NCBI GenBank assembly: GCA_963826785.1
Contig: CAWGYD010000008.1
Span: forward strand, 1 to 64,000
Length of the DNA stretch: 64,000 nt
Direction of reading: 5' to 3'
From: an uncultured delta proteobacterium
GTDB taxonomy: Bacteria > Desulfobacterota > Desulfobacteria > Desulfobacterales > Desulfosalsimonadaceae
Shown: piece after piece, positions 23,489 to 33,651 of the stretch
Layout: each line of letters opens with the position of its first letter
How positions within the stretch are numbered: the stretch's first letter is position 1
Made by a program: the position numbers and the translations under genes
The notes under the pieces: model-generated
What the model saw: the letters and a program-made list of their open reading frames with translations, nothing else
What the model was told of the DNA's origin: nothing
The model's database searches: none

Positions 23489-24337
23489 TTAAATAGATAC
23501 AATCGACTTGACCACCGCATTTCCTTTTTGCATCCGGATTTGGGCCGCGGCGATGTCGGGGTCATGGGGGAAGCAGAGCACCCAGTCTTTTCGGGCGGCC
23601 TGTTCCAGCAGGGCGGATTTTTCTTCGATCACCTTCATGGGATAATTGTCGTAGCTCATGTTCCAGACCAGGGGGAGATGGGCGGCGGTGGGGATCAGGT
23701 CCGCGCAGAAACACAGGGTAGCGTCGTCACCTGCAATTACGGGGAACATCTGTCCTTCGGTATGGCCGTTCGGATACGCGCAGGGAAATGCCCTCGAACA
23801 GGTGATCCGACGGGCCGTCCAGTATATTGAGCAACCCGGATCGGGCCAGCGGTTCGATATTTTCCGGAAAAAAGCTGCCGTCGTCCCGGGGGGAAGGGTG
23901 GCGGCTGTATTCGAGGTGGGACTTCTGGATGTGGCAGACGGCATTGGGGAAGGCCGGAACCACCCGATCCTCGATTATCTCTGTGCATCCGCCCACATGA
24001 TCAAAATGAAGGTGGGTGATGAGAACGTCGGTAATGTCGGAGACTTTCAGCCCATAGGGGGAAAGGCGCGCAGACATGGAACCCGGGCCAGGCTCGATGC
24101 CGTAATTGCGCTTCATCCTCGCGTCGATCTTATCCCCGATTCCCGCATCCACCAGAATGGTGCGGCCGTTTCCGGCGATCACCAGCGATCGGGCCACCAT
24201 GGTCATCCGATTTTGCGGGTCCGTGGAGACCTTTTGTCCCCACAGAGCGCTTTGGGGATCACCCCGAACATGGCCCCCCCGTCAATCCGGAACCGGTCCA
24301 GTTCGATACAGAAGCAGTCGTAATCGCCGAATCGCAT
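23489..24337 (-). CDS. MBL-fold metallo-hydrolase (YtnP-like), two frameshifts
   Basis: FRIDGGAMFGVIPK, LVDAGIG, THLHFDHVGG, GHTEGQ, ADLIP, FPHDP across three frames. Confidence 0.85.
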
Positions 24338-24353
24338 CAGGCAATTTACCGCA

Positions 24354-24731
24354 TCACAGCGGCTTTTTCCGGCGGAAGGAGTCGAGTATGTCCCTGATGG
24401 ATTCAGGATATTCCTGGGCCTGGAGGCGCTTGATGATTTTCAAGGCGGTTTTTCCAAAGATCGGGATTTTCCACACATAGGGTACGGTCAAATGGATGTC
24501 CAGCAGGTTGGACTTGCCGGGATGCAGTTCCTTTTCCGTGCGGCTGTCATTTTCAGAAATCAGCGCGTCCAGCGACAGATTGATGCGAAGACCGGATTTG
24601 GAGGATAGTCTGGGCCGGTGCCCCGGGTTTGCCTTTGAGGCGCTTCCCGGCCTTTTTTCGCTCTTTTCCAGACGGTCGATCACCTCAAATGCCCGGTCGA
24701 CTTTTTTTTCAGTTTCTTTCGGTGTTGCCAT
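24354..24731 (-). CDS. Hypothetical protein, putative partner of the upstream ParA
   Basis: ~125-aa ORF overlapping the 3' end of the parA-like gene. Confidence 0.6.
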   Translation of the reverse strand: MATPKETEKKVDRAFEVIDRLEKSEKRPGSASKANPGHRPRLSSKSGLRINLSLDALISENDSRTEKELHPGKSNLLDIHLTVPYVWKIPIFGKTALKIIKRLQAQEYPESIRDILDSFRRKKPL

Positions 24732-25446
24732 GACGCCCCTCCCCTGCTTCAATTATGGTTTTTGAGATCGTCTCCACATCTTCCAGGGCTTTTTCCACCT
24801 GGGATCTCAATTTCTTGTTGGTTTCCACGGTCCTGGCGTATTCGTTGAGATTCAACCCTTTCCGGTTGAAATTTTCATACACGGAGCGGGCCGGGTATAC
24901 GGCCTTCAGGCACGACACATACGGCGGCAGAATTTCATTGAAATAGGCGAAACATTTTTCCGCATTGATCAACGGGTGCGTAAACACCGGCAGGGCATAA
25001 AACTGGTTCCGTTTTTCCGGCGCCTCCTTGATGATCTCCTTGATGACGGGGTAAAGATTGTTGATAAATGCCGATTCATCATGGGTGGAGATGCGCATGG
25101 GGATAATGGTCAGATCGCAGAAAGCGCAGGCAAACTGCGTGTGCAGCCTGCCCTTCCCTTCTCCGGGGATGTCCATGATCATCAGGTCGTTATGGTTGGC
25201 GATCAGCTTGATGCCCTGCTGAAACACCTCCTTCTGGGTGCTGGAGATGTGGTGAAACGAGACCTTTTCCACATCGTAGCCCATTTCCGTGCGTTCATAC
25301 CACCAGTTCTTGAGGGTTCCCTGGGGATCGAGTTCCACCAGTGCGACGGAATCAAACGCTCGGCGTATGGTGTCCGAAAAGGCCGTATTCATGGCCAGTG
25401 TGCTCTTGCCGGTCCCACCCTTGGTCTGGACGAATCCAATAATCAT
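24709..25446 (-). CDS. ParA/MinD family ATPase (orphan)
   Basis: Deviant Walker A KGGTGKST, ELDPQG, MDIPG. Confidence 0.88.
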   Translation of the reverse strand: MIIGFVQTKGGTGKSTLAMNTAFSDTIRRAFDSVALVELDPQGTLKNWWYERTEMGYDVEKVSFHHISSTQKEVFQQGIKLIANHNDLMIMDIPGEGKGRLHTQFACAFCDLTIIPMRISTHDESAFINNLYPVIKEIIKEAPEKRNQFYALPVFTHPLINAEKCFAYFNEILPPYVSCLKAVYPARSVYENFNRKGLNLNEYARTVETNKKLRSQVEKALEDVETISKTIIEAGEGRHGNTERN

Positions 25447-25488
25447 TTACATTATCTCTCTATCTTCAAACATCAGATACGATCATGT

Positions 25489-25749
25489 TTAAAGATGGTT
25501 CGCAGGCACTTCTTGCCCGTGATTCCACAGTTCATATTCACTGATATCGATATCGCTGGTCCAATATACGGCATACCCCCCCTGCTCAACCTGCACAGCT
25601 CTGAACAATGCCGGATTTTTGAGTTCAGAGAACACTTCCTGGTCAAGCAAAAGAGTGATGTCGTATGTTTTTTTCCGCTTATTGTCGAACTCAACCAAAA
25701 GCGTACGATCATCCACCGCTTTGGCCGATTTGATTTTTGGATATTTCAA
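25489..25749 (-). CDS. DUF2442 family protein (putative antitoxin)
   Basis: LLVEFDN...YDITLLL...F..LK.PALF..VQVEQGGYAVYW..DIDI. Confidence 0.8.
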   Translation of the reverse strand: MKYPKIKSAKAVDDRTLLVEFDNKRKKTYDITLLLDQEVFSELKNPALFRAVQVEQGGYAVYWTSDIDISEYELWNHGQEVPANHL

Positions 25750-25755
25750 TTTTCG

Positions 25756-26000
25756 CTACTCCAGCGGCGGCAGCTTTTTAAACTCCTGCAGTTCCCACAT
25801 TCGCTTCAGTTCCTGCCTGTTAATCTCCGCCCACTCAACAACCATTTGCCTGGCTCTTTTTGGCAAGTCACCTCAATCATTTCCAGCGTATTTATGGCGA
25901 AAAGTGCCACATTCGCCATATACCGCATGAAAATGCGGCGGGGATGATCGCCAAAGAACAGCTTGATAATAATCCCGTAAAACCTTGCAACTTCAGGCAT
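25756..26000 (-). pseudogene. DUF4160 family protein (putative toxin) with several frameshifts; real lesions or read errors
   Basis: MPEVARFYGIIIKLFFGDHP/PHFHA...LPKRARQMVVEWAEIN.QEL..MW...FKKLPPLE reconstructed over three frames; stop at 25756. Confidence 0.75.
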
Positions 26001-26012
26001 AATCCCCCGAAT

Positions 26013-28112
26013 CTATCCAGCGCTCTGCTGTTTCAGTTTGACCGGGTCCCGGCCTTCCCGGGCGGCCCGGGCGAGGCGCGCCACCTCGTCGATATCGGCA
26101 TCCGAAAACACGCCGTTCACGCCGGAGATTGCGGCCAGGCGCATGCCGTGCTTCAGCCCCAGCTTGTAGATCTCCTTGACCTTCTGCCATTCGATGTCCC
26201 GGCCGATGGTAAAAATTTCAAACCGGCCTTCCAGGGCCAGCACGATGGTTTCGGCCAGGCATGCGTAGGCCACCTTCGGGGGCAGCCCGATATCCTTCAT
26301 TTCCACGTTTTGCCCAGGGAGCAGAATTTCCCCGGACTCGATGACCAGAACATCCGGCCGCTTGGCCACATCCTCGGCGGAGAGGTCCAGGGGCCGGGCC
26401 ACATCGGTGATAACACAACCGGGCTTCACATTCATGATGTCGATCACGCTCTTTCCGCCGCCGGCCGAGGTGGCGGTCACGATCACGTCCATGTCGGCCA
26501 GAAACTTGTCCGCCCGGGTGGAGATCTCGATGTTCACATCCGGCGTTTCATCCAGCACCGATTCTTTCAGGGCCAGCAGCTTGGAATGCCGGACATCGAT
26601 CATGTAGACATCGGTAAACGCCATGGCCAACAGCCGGCAGCAGACCGACCCGATGGCGCCGGTGGCGCCCACCACCATGGTCTTGGCTTTGAGCTTCTTC
26701 CCTTTGACCACATCGATGAGCCCCATTCGCCGCACGGCATCGGCCGCCGCCCAGAGGGCACCGGACGCGCTGTAGCTGTTTCCGGTGGTGATGGGAATAT
26801 CGGCCAGCTTGGCCACGGTTTTACCCGCATCCCCCACCACCTTGGTGAAGGCCCCCAACCCCATGATCTGGGCCCCCAGCCGCTTGGCCATCTTGGCGGC
26901 CTGGAGCAGCCGCTTGTAGGTAAACTCCGCATCGTGCGCCAGCATCTGCTTGGGGGTGCCGCCAACGGTGATGAGCCACCCTTCGGCTTCCACTCCCAGG
27001 GGCGATTTGATGCCGGTCATCTTGGAATAGACAAACGGCGGGGAATAGGCGATGATTTTTTCCACCGCATCCATAAACCCTCTGGGTGCATACCGGGATA
27101 CCAGTTCAATGGTGGGATCTTTTTTCAGCTGCTCCTGGGAAAGCGGGTGGATCACGAAGGCAAACCGATTGACCCGCCTGAATTCTCCCTGAGGGTAGAT
27201 CTGCCGGGGATCCATCCGCTGTTCGCTGATCACTTCCAGGAGATCATCCTCGGTTAGGCGGTCCAGTGGAATGTCGAGTGCAGCGGAAATCATCGCCTCC
27301 AGAACATTGAACCCCACCACCTGCTCCAGGATCTTGGGGGTGCAATCGAACACCACGTCCACGCCCCGCTCCTGCAGGAACTGAATCCGGTCCTCGTAAA
27401 CCGTGGCCGATATGATGGTTTTGCCCCCCAGTTCCTCCAGGGTGCAGTTTTTCAGAAATTCCTCAAACCCGTATGCCGGCACCACCACGATATTGGCCTT
27501 CTGAATGGCCTTGCGGATAATATACTCGTTCCACGCCCGAACCGGCATGGCGGATGCGGCAAAACGCTTGCTGGGCACCCATTCCAGGGCATCGTGCACC
27601 CCCTTGGCGTACATTTCCAGTTCGGAAAGGGAATTCAGGAATTTGGGGATGCCGTTTTCGTAGATGGGATCGGCAAAGGAGATGTTGTCGGTGTATTCCG
27701 AAAGCACCTTGGCGATGTTGTAGCTGGACATGCCGGAGAGGAACAGGACCTTGCGGTGATTGAAATAATTGTTGCCCAGCTTGAACTGAAGATGCCGGAT
27801 GGCCCATTCAAAGGATACCCGGCGCAGCATTTCGCCGGTGGTCACCGGTGAACCGATCCGGGATTTGAGCTGGTCCACTTTCATCTTCTGCTTTTCGAGC
27901 GCCCGGCTGGATCCGATGGAATAATTGAAGTCGAGCCCCCCCATGCCGATGGCATCGGCTTCCTTGTCATACTGCTCAAGCAACTCCGAAGCCAGGTCCA
28001 CGTCGCCGTCCGTGCCGATCCGCTTGATGGTGAAATCCTGATTCAAGAATTGCGCAACAAATTCATAGTCATCCCTGCTATTCCCCAGACTGATACTGAC
28101 GATCTGTTTCAC
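26013..28112 (-). CDS. Fusion of an uncharacterised N-terminal domain and an acyl-ACP-reductase-like / shikimate-DH-fold NAD(P) oxidoreductase
   Basis: C-half FAFVIHP, GLGAFTKVVG, ITTGNSY, VVGATGAIG, DVARP, YACLAETIVLALEG resembles aldehyde-forming acyl-ACP reductases. Confidence 0.7.
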   Translation of the reverse strand: MKQIVSISLGNSRDDYEFVAQFLNQDFTIKRIGTDGDVDLASELLEQYDKEADAIGMGGLDFNYSIGSSRALEKQKMKVDQLKSRIGSPVTTGEMLRRVSFEWAIRHLQFKLGNNYFNHRKVLFLSGMSSYNIAKVLSEYTDNISFADPIYENGIPKFLNSLSELEMYAKGVHDALEWVPSKRFAASAMPVRAWNEYIIRKAIQKANIVVVPAYGFEEFLKNCTLEELGGKTIISATVYEDRIQFLQERGVDVVFDCTPKILEQVVGFNVLEAMISAALDIPLDRLTEDDLLEVISEQRMDPRQIYPQGEFRRVNRFAFVIHPLSQEQLKKDPTIELVSRYAPRGFMDAVEKIIAYSPPFVYSKMTGIKSPLGVEAEGWLITVGGTPKQMLAHDAEFTYKRLLQAAKMAKRLGAQIMGLGAFTKVVGDAGKTVAKLADIPITTGNSYSASGALWAAADAVRRMGLIDVVKGKKLKAKTMVVGATGAIGSVCCRLLAMAFTDVYMIDVRHSKLLALKESVLDETPDVNIEISTRADKFLADMDVIVTATSAGGGKSVIDIMNVKPGCVITDVARPLDLSAEDVAKRPDVLVIESGEILLPGQNVEMKDIGLPPKVAYACLAETIVLALEGRFEIFTIGRDIEWQKVKEIYKLGLKHGMRLAAISGVNGVFSDADIDEVARLARAAREGRDPVKLKQQSAG

Positions 28113-28204
28113 GGCCCCCTCCTTACATTACATTACATCAATGAACCACCGGCCAAAGCCGATGGATTAATTCACCCTGCCCATCATATAATTCCCCCCT
28201 CGAG

Positions 28205-28681
28205 GGCATAAGCGCTAACTTAACGCATAGTATCCCCCCCGTAATCATCCTTTATGTCATTCCGGCAGTCTTTTAGCCGGAATCCATCTAAATGATTGCG
28301 GGATACAAATCCTCCCAATCGGGATTCGTTCTCTCAATCAAATGCATTTTCCACTTTCGTTTCCAGTCTTTCAATCGTTTCTCTCGCTGGATAGCAGATT
28401 CCATACTTCCATGAAGCTCATACCAAACCAAAAAATGGACTCCATACTTTTTGGTGAACCCTTCCACGAAATTGTTTCTATGTTCCCAAACTCGCTTGAT
28501 GAGGTCGGAGGTCACACCGATATAAAGGGTGCCGTTTCTTTTATTTGCAAGAATGTATACCGCTGGTTGCCTGTTCATTTCGTCTTCCTGGATTCCGGCT
28601 TAAAGACTGCCGGAATGACGCTCTTAAGAGGAACGACAAATTAGAAGATATTGCATCGGTCATTAAGTTAGCGCCTATGCC
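28205..28681. mobile_element. GIY-YIG/REP element copy 3 (complete, 477 bp)
   Basis: 19-bp TIRs GGCATAAGCGCTAACTTAA / TTAAGTTAGCGCCTATGCC; inner inverted REPs at 28256-28285 and 28590-28619; flanks CCTCGAG / CCTTGAG. Confidence 0.85.
28288..28578 (-). CDS. GIY-YIG nuclease family protein
   Basis: 96 aa; differs from 22773..23063 at only six residues. Confidence 0.92.
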   Translation of the reverse strand: MNRQPAVYILANKRNGTLYIGVTSDLIKRVWEHRNNFVEGFTKKYGVHFLVWYELHGSMESAIQREKRLKDWKRKWKMHLIERTNPDWEDLYPAII

Positions 28682-28776
28682 CCTTGAGGGGGGCTTGGGG
28701 GGTGTTCCCCCTTGCAAATATATTCAAATCCCGGAAAGCCGCTACACCCCCCTTTGTCCCCCCTCAAGGGGGGAAT
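28682..28776. repeat. CCCCCCT-NN-AGGGGGG hairpin doublet overlapping the ferredoxin stop codon
   Basis: ccttgaggggggcttggggggtgtt ... ccccctcaaggggggaat. Confidence 0.8.
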
Positions 28777-29036
28777 GAAAAAGGTGCGGTCCCATCATCA
28801 CAAATGGCGTTTGCAGGGCACAGATCCATGGCCTCTTCGCACATCCGGACTTCTGCGTCATTTTCCGGCTGCTTGTAAACAAAGCTGTTTCCTGTAAACA
28901 GGTCCTCATCCGTGTTTTCCGTAAAATTATAGGGCGCAATCTCCCCGCACAGCATGCACCCGATACATACCCGGGTCACATAATACGGCCCGGAAACGTT
29001 TTCGCTGAATTTTTCCTTCAACATCTGGCCTTCCAT
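28764..29036 (-). CDS. Single-cluster ferredoxin
   Basis: ENVSGPYYV..CIGCMLC...EAMDLCPANAI. Confidence 0.88.
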   Translation of the reverse strand: MEGQMLKEKFSENVSGPYYVTRVCIGCMLCGEIAPYNFTENTDEDLFTGNSFVYKQPENDAEVRMCEEAMDLCPANAICDDGTAPFSFPP

Positions 29037-29056
29037 TTCTTTTGTGCCCGAATGTT

Positions 29057-29188
29057 GATGAACCCGTAAAAAGTCCGAAGTTCGTCACTCCGGTGAAAAC
29101 CGGAGTCTATAACCAACTTAGTTTGTAGTAGATTCCGGCCTCCGCCGGAATGACGAAAGTGAAAAATCCGACTTTTTACGGCTTCATC
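29057..29188. mobile_element. 132-bp MITE with REP doublet; TSD AATGTT/AATCTT
   Basis: TIRs GATGAACCCGTAAAAAGTC / GACTTTTTACGGCTTCATC; nearly identical to 35736-35867. Confidence 0.88.
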
Positions 29189-29193
29189 AATCT

Positions 29194-31029
29194 TCAGTCT
29201 TGAATCAAATGCCCCAACCCCCTGTCCTTTATAAAACGGGTGTACTCCGCATAGGCCGGATTTAGAATCGGAAGGAGTTTTAAAGTCTTGGGAACATTTC
29301 CCCGGGCCATCACCTGGCGGCGCGTCAAAGCGGTGACGAGATTTGCCTTGCCCAGCCAGAACTTGTGGGCAAAATCGGCATTCATGGTCATGGTGACCTC
29401 GGGCTTGCCGTCAAATTCACCCTGATGGATCATCAGTTCCTCACCGCTGGCGTCCACGGTGATGACCCCGTCCGGGTTCTTGTACACAAACTGTATGCAC
29501 AAATTGGTTTTCTTCAATGCGGGCCCGATCTCCGGGTGAATCTTGAGCAGTTCGAAAAAATCGACCAGGACGGAGTAGAGCATCTTCGAATCGGAAAACA
29601 CATTTTTCGTATCGCCTTTGCCGATGTGTGCCGTCGAAGGGGCCAGGTCCGACCGGGTGACCGGAAGCGGGGTGACCTTTGCATGGTAGAGCCGCTTGAC
29701 AATTTCGATGACGGCGTCCCGGTCCGGCTCCACCGGGTTGTACAGCATGGAGCCGTCTTCCATGGCCTTGGTGGCCACCAGCTCAATCCGGGCCAGATTG
29801 TCATCGATTCCCGCATCCTTAAGATTCAATGGCATCCCGGTAACATGCGCCAGTTGGCGGTTCAAGGTCCGGATCTTTTCCACTCCCGCTTCTGCGGACC
29901 ATCGTTTGAACCATTGATCGATGAACCCCAGATTGCCCAGCGTCCTGGCGGCAAAGGTTTTAGCCCTGTGGGATTGTGTGTCCAGCCAAGGCCGGATGGA
30001 ATCGATAACCGCGGCCGCATTTTCAAAGAGCTTGAACCGGCCGGCCTTGAGCAGGCTCTGGCTTTCGTTGATCAGTTGGGGAAAGGTGATCCCCAACGCC
30101 AGGGCAATATCCGAATACCGGTCCATCTGCGATTCGAGGTTGTATTCCATGACTTCCGGCAGCACCAGCGCATTGGCCAGGCCATGGGGAATGTGGTAGA
30201 CGCCGCCCAGGGCATGGGAAATGCCGTGCACCATGCCCACCATGGAATGGGAGAAGGCCACCCCGGCCAGAAAACTTCCCACCAGCATGGCGCCCCGGGC
30301 TTCCAGGTCCTCGGGATGTACGCAAACCCGCAGGATGTTTTGACTGATCAGCCGGATGGCATGCAGGGCCAGGGCATCGGAAGCGGGAGACCACTCCTTG
30401 TCCACATAGGCTTCGATGGCATGGGTCAGGGCGTCCATGCCGGTGGCGGCGGTCAGCTTGCCGGGCATGGACACCGTCACCTCCGGATCGAGAATGGCCA
30501 GTTCCGGCAGGAAGTGCTCTTCGGCAAAGGGAAGTTTGACGTCATTGTCCGGGTCGGCGATCACGGCGACCTTGGTCACCTCCGATCCGGTGCCGGCGGT
30601 GGTGGGGACGATGATCATGGGCAGCAGGGACTCCGCCGGCTCCAGCAGGTAGGCGCCCATGTGGTCGGCCACCTTCCCTCCCTTCACCAGGAGAATGTTG
30701 GCCACTTTGGCCGTATCGATCACGCTGCCGCCGCCCACGGCAATCAGCAGGTCGCATTTATGCCGCTTTCCCAGGGCCGCGCACTGTTCGACGGCTTTCA
30801 GCGTCGAATTCGGAGGGACCTTATCAAATACGGCCGCGATTTCGATGTCGGTCTTCTCGAAGCCGTTTTTTACTTTATCCACCGGTCCGGTTTTGGCCAG
30901 AATTTCGTCCGTGACCAGCAGGGCTGTCCTTTTTCCCAGGTGTTTCACGGCGGTTTCGATGTTCTTTAAAATGCCGATGCCGTATATGACCTTGGTGGGC
31001 AACGAGAATTCGAAATATTCGGGCAGCAT
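29194..31029 (-). CDS. Iron-containing alcohol dehydrogenase fused to a C-terminal SCP2 (sterol/lipid carrier) domain
   Basis: AVGGGSVIDTAK, PTTAGTGSE, DALTHAIE, HGISH, HGLAN; C-terminus P.VTMTMNAD.AHKFWLGK.NL..AL...V.A.G. Confidence 0.88.
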   Translation of the reverse strand: MLPEYFEFSLPTKVIYGIGILKNIETAVKHLGKRTALLVTDEILAKTGPVDKVKNGFEKTDIEIAAVFDKVPPNSTLKAVEQCAALGKRHKCDLLIAVGGGSVIDTAKVANILLVKGGKVADHMGAYLLEPAESLLPMIIVPTTAGTGSEVTKVAVIADPDNDVKLPFAEEHFLPELAILDPEVTVSMPGKLTAATGMDALTHAIEAYVDKEWSPASDALALHAIRLISQNILRVCVHPEDLEARGAMLVGSFLAGVAFSHSMVGMVHGISHALGGVYHIPHGLANALVLPEVMEYNLESQMDRYSDIALALGITFPQLINESQSLLKAGRFKLFENAAAVIDSIRPWLDTQSHRAKTFAARTLGNLGFIDQWFKRWSAEAGVEKIRTLNRQLAHVTGMPLNLKDAGIDDNLARIELVATKAMEDGSMLYNPVEPDRDAVIEIVKRLYHAKVTPLPVTRSDLAPSTAHIGKGDTKNVFSDSKMLYSVLVDFFELLKIHPEIGPALKKTNLCIQFVYKNPDGVITVDASGEELMIHQGEFDGKPEVTMTMNADFAHKFWLGKANLVTALTRRQVMARGNVPKTLKLLPILNPAYAEYTRFIKDRGLGHLIQD

Positions 31030-31387
31030 TGCTTTCCTTTCAGTCGCGGATGACCCGGTAAAAATCCTCCCCGGGGATGAATCTCCCTCCGGGATGCAAA
31101 TGGGAATTAAAGCCGCTGTTAAACGATGTTCACGACTCCTGATAACCGTTAAAGAATATTGTTTTTAGCGGTTGATGTCAATAACAGGGATAGAATGACC
31201 TGTCAATCCTAAAAAATTAACGTTTTGGTTAGCTTTCAATTGGTTACCCGTAAATCGGGACTTATCGGCCAATCCGAGGAAGCGGAAATATTCACGAACA
31301 GACGATGAAGTCGGTTCCGCTTCTTTCAAGGAGCTTAACTTGCTAAAGCGTTTTTCACCCGTTTATCTTTTGATTTCTCACCGGTCC

Positions 31388-31662
31388 GACACCCCCCAAG
31401 CCCCCCTCAAGGGGGGAATTTGATCGTAATTTCAAGGCCTGCCCTCCTATGAGGGGGGAATTAAATCCGAGTGGATGAATCTGATTGCGATCGGCGCACT
31501 GATCCCCCCCTGAGAGGGGAATTTAAGGTCCTTTCCGTTGTTCTTGTTTATCAAGACCCCCCGGTGCGATGTGTGTGCAATGATCAGCTCAGGGGAGGAA
31601 ATGGGATCTGAGGGAAGACCGTCCCTCCTTAATTCCCCCCTTGAGGGGGGCCAGGGGGGTGT
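31388..31662. repeat. Hairpin repeat cluster between glpK and the ADH gene
   Basis: gacaccccccaagcccccctcaaggggggaatt ... aattccccccttgaggggggccaggggggtgtc. Confidence 0.82.
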
Positions 31663-31753
31663 CCCGGCGGCGGCCGCTGCAGTTCATTGCTGCAAAAACA
31701 CCGCGCTTCGGGGCACAATGCTTCTAAATCCCCGCGGGCAAAGACATTTATGT

Positions 31754-33250
31754 TTATGCATAGCTGCGTTTGACGGCTTTCAACCAGCCCTGGTAAAGGT
31801 TTTTGCGCTTTTCCGGATCCATCTTCGCCTCCCACCGCCGGTCCACCGCCCAGTGCCGGGCCAGTTCGGCCTGATCCCGCCAGAATCCCACCGCCAGGCC
31901 GGCGGCATAGGCGGCCCCCAGCACGGAGGTTTCCCTGTTTTTCGGACACACGACGGGAATATCGAGAATATCGGCCTGAAACTGCATGAACAGTTCATTT
32001 TTGACCATGCCGCCGTCGACTTTCAACACCTTGAGGTCGATCCCCGAATCCTTGGCCATGGCATCGAAGATCTCTTTGGTCTGAAAGGCGCAGGCCTCGA
32101 GAACGGCCCGGGCGATATGCCCCTTGTGGATGTAATGGGTCAACCCGGTGATGACGCCCCGGGCATCGCTGCGCCAGTGGGGCGCAAACAGCCCGGAAAA
32201 TGCCGGGACAAAATAGATCCCCCCGTTGTCCTCCACTGTTTTGGCCAGATCCTCGATTTCGCTGGACTCCTTGATCATCTCCAGGTTGTCCCGGACCCAT
32301 TGCACCAGGGAACCGGCGATGGCGATGGAGCCTTCCAGCGCGTAAACCGCCGGCTGATCGCCGATCCGGTATCCCACCGTGGTCAGCATGCCGAATTTGG
32401 ACTGCACCAGCTTTTCTCCGGTGTTGAGGAGCATGAAACACCCGGTGCCGTAAGTATTTTTGGCTTCTCCCGGCAAATAGCAGGTCTGGCCGAACAGGGC
32501 GGCCTGCTGGTCCCCCAGTATTCCGCTGATGGGAACGCTTGCACTGAAAATGCCCGATTTATCGGTATGGCCGTAGATTTCGCTGGATGACCGGATAGTC
32601 GGCAGCATCTGCTCCGAAACTCCCATGACCGCAAGCATTTCCGGGTCCCATTCAAGGGTTTCAATATTCATCAGCATCGTTCGGCTGGCATTGGTCACAT
32701 CCGTGATGTGAATTCCGCCATCGGGCCCTCCGGTCAGCCACCAGACCAGCCAGGAATCCATGTTGCCGAAGATGGCATCACCGGAATCCGCCGCCTGGGC
32801 GACCCCTTCCACGTTGTCCATGACCCACTTGATCTTGGGCCCTGAAAAATAGGTGGTCAGCGGCAGGCCGACCCGGTCGCGGAAGCAATTCATATCGCCC
32901 CCCACCGCCAGTTGACGGCAGATGTCCTCGGTGCGGGTGTCCTGCCAGACAATGGCATTGTAGTAGGGTTTGCCGGTTTTGCGGTTCCACACCACGGTGG
33001 TTTCCCGCTGGTTCGTGATCCCCAGGCCCGCCAGCTGGCTGGGCTCGATCCCGGATCGCTGGACGCCTTTCCGGATCACCTCCATCGTGCGATCGCGGAT
33101 CTCCATGGGATCATGCTCCACCCATCCCGGCTTCGGATAGATCTGCCGGTGCTCGAGCTGGTGCATGGACACGATCTCTCCTTTCCGGTCGAAAATAAAA
33201 AACCGCGTGCTGGTGGTCCCCTGGTCAACGGCTCCCACGTATGTTTCCAT
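31754..33250 (-). CDS. glpK: Glycerol kinase
   Basis: [45 protein letters not shown]. Confidence 0.96.
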   Translation of the reverse strand: METYVGAVDQGTTSTRFFIFDRKGEIVSMHQLEHRQIYPKPGWVEHDPMEIRDRTMEVIRKGVQRSGIEPSQLAGLGITNQRETTVVWNRKTGKPYYNAIVWQDTRTEDICRQLAVGGDMNCFRDRVGLPLTTYFSGPKIKWVMDNVEGVAQAADSGDAIFGNMDSWLVWWLTGGPDGGIHITDVTNASRTMLMNIETLEWDPEMLAVMGVSEQMLPTIRSSSEIYGHTDKSGIFSASVPISGILGDQQAALFGQTCYLPGEAKNTYGTGCFMLLNTGEKLVQSKFGMLTTVGYRIGDQPAVYALEGSIAIAGSLVQWVRDNLEMIKESSEIEDLAKTVEDNGGIYFVPAFSGLFAPHWRSDARGVITGLTHYIHKGHIARAVLEACAFQTKEIFDAMAKDSGIDLKVLKVDGGMVKNELFMQFQADILDIPVVCPKNRETSVLGAAYAAGLAVGFWRDQAELARHWAVDRRWEAKMDPEKRKNLYQGWLKAVKRSYA

Positions 33251-33651
33251 CGCTTTTCCTCCTGCTGTATGGTTTCCCCATCTAACTGTAAACTTTTGAC
33301 ATTGCTAATTTACACCTCAATCAGAAAAGGGCAAAAGATTTTTTAAACAAATTGCGGGATCAAAAAAAATAAGCCGTTGCCGGCAACTTTCCGATGATGG
33401 GATGATACATTTAATTCATTCCAAGTCAACCTATCGAAGAAAAGAAATTTGCGGATTTTTGATTTAATGTTCAATCTTTATTACAGATGTGCCTGTTTGG
33501 ATTTTGACGCAAAGCGTTAAAAAAAGTTTAACAAGAAGATTGATTTATTTACCGCTTGCTGTTAGATATGGTTACGATAACGTTTGATCCACTAAAGCTT
33601 CCCAAAATATTAATGATCATCTTCAAGCGGGTATCCGCAAGTGATAAAGAA

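Noticed and set aside
22692..28681. Composite transposon or prophage bounded by GIY-YIG copies 2 and 3
   Set aside because: No integrase, transposase or phage genes and no shared outer target duplication; copy 3 has its own flanking duplication, consistent with independent insertion.
29365..30969. Long antisense ORFs (also 16306-17712, 25860-27257, 51972-53120, 56731-57876)
   Set aside because: Shadow frames opposite well-supported GC-rich genes, with no recognisable motifs.
31197..31208. Imperfect palindrome (core of GAATGACCTGTCAATC) upstream of the ADH gene as a fatty-acid regulator operator
   Set aside because: Short, mismatched and seen only once; insufficient support.
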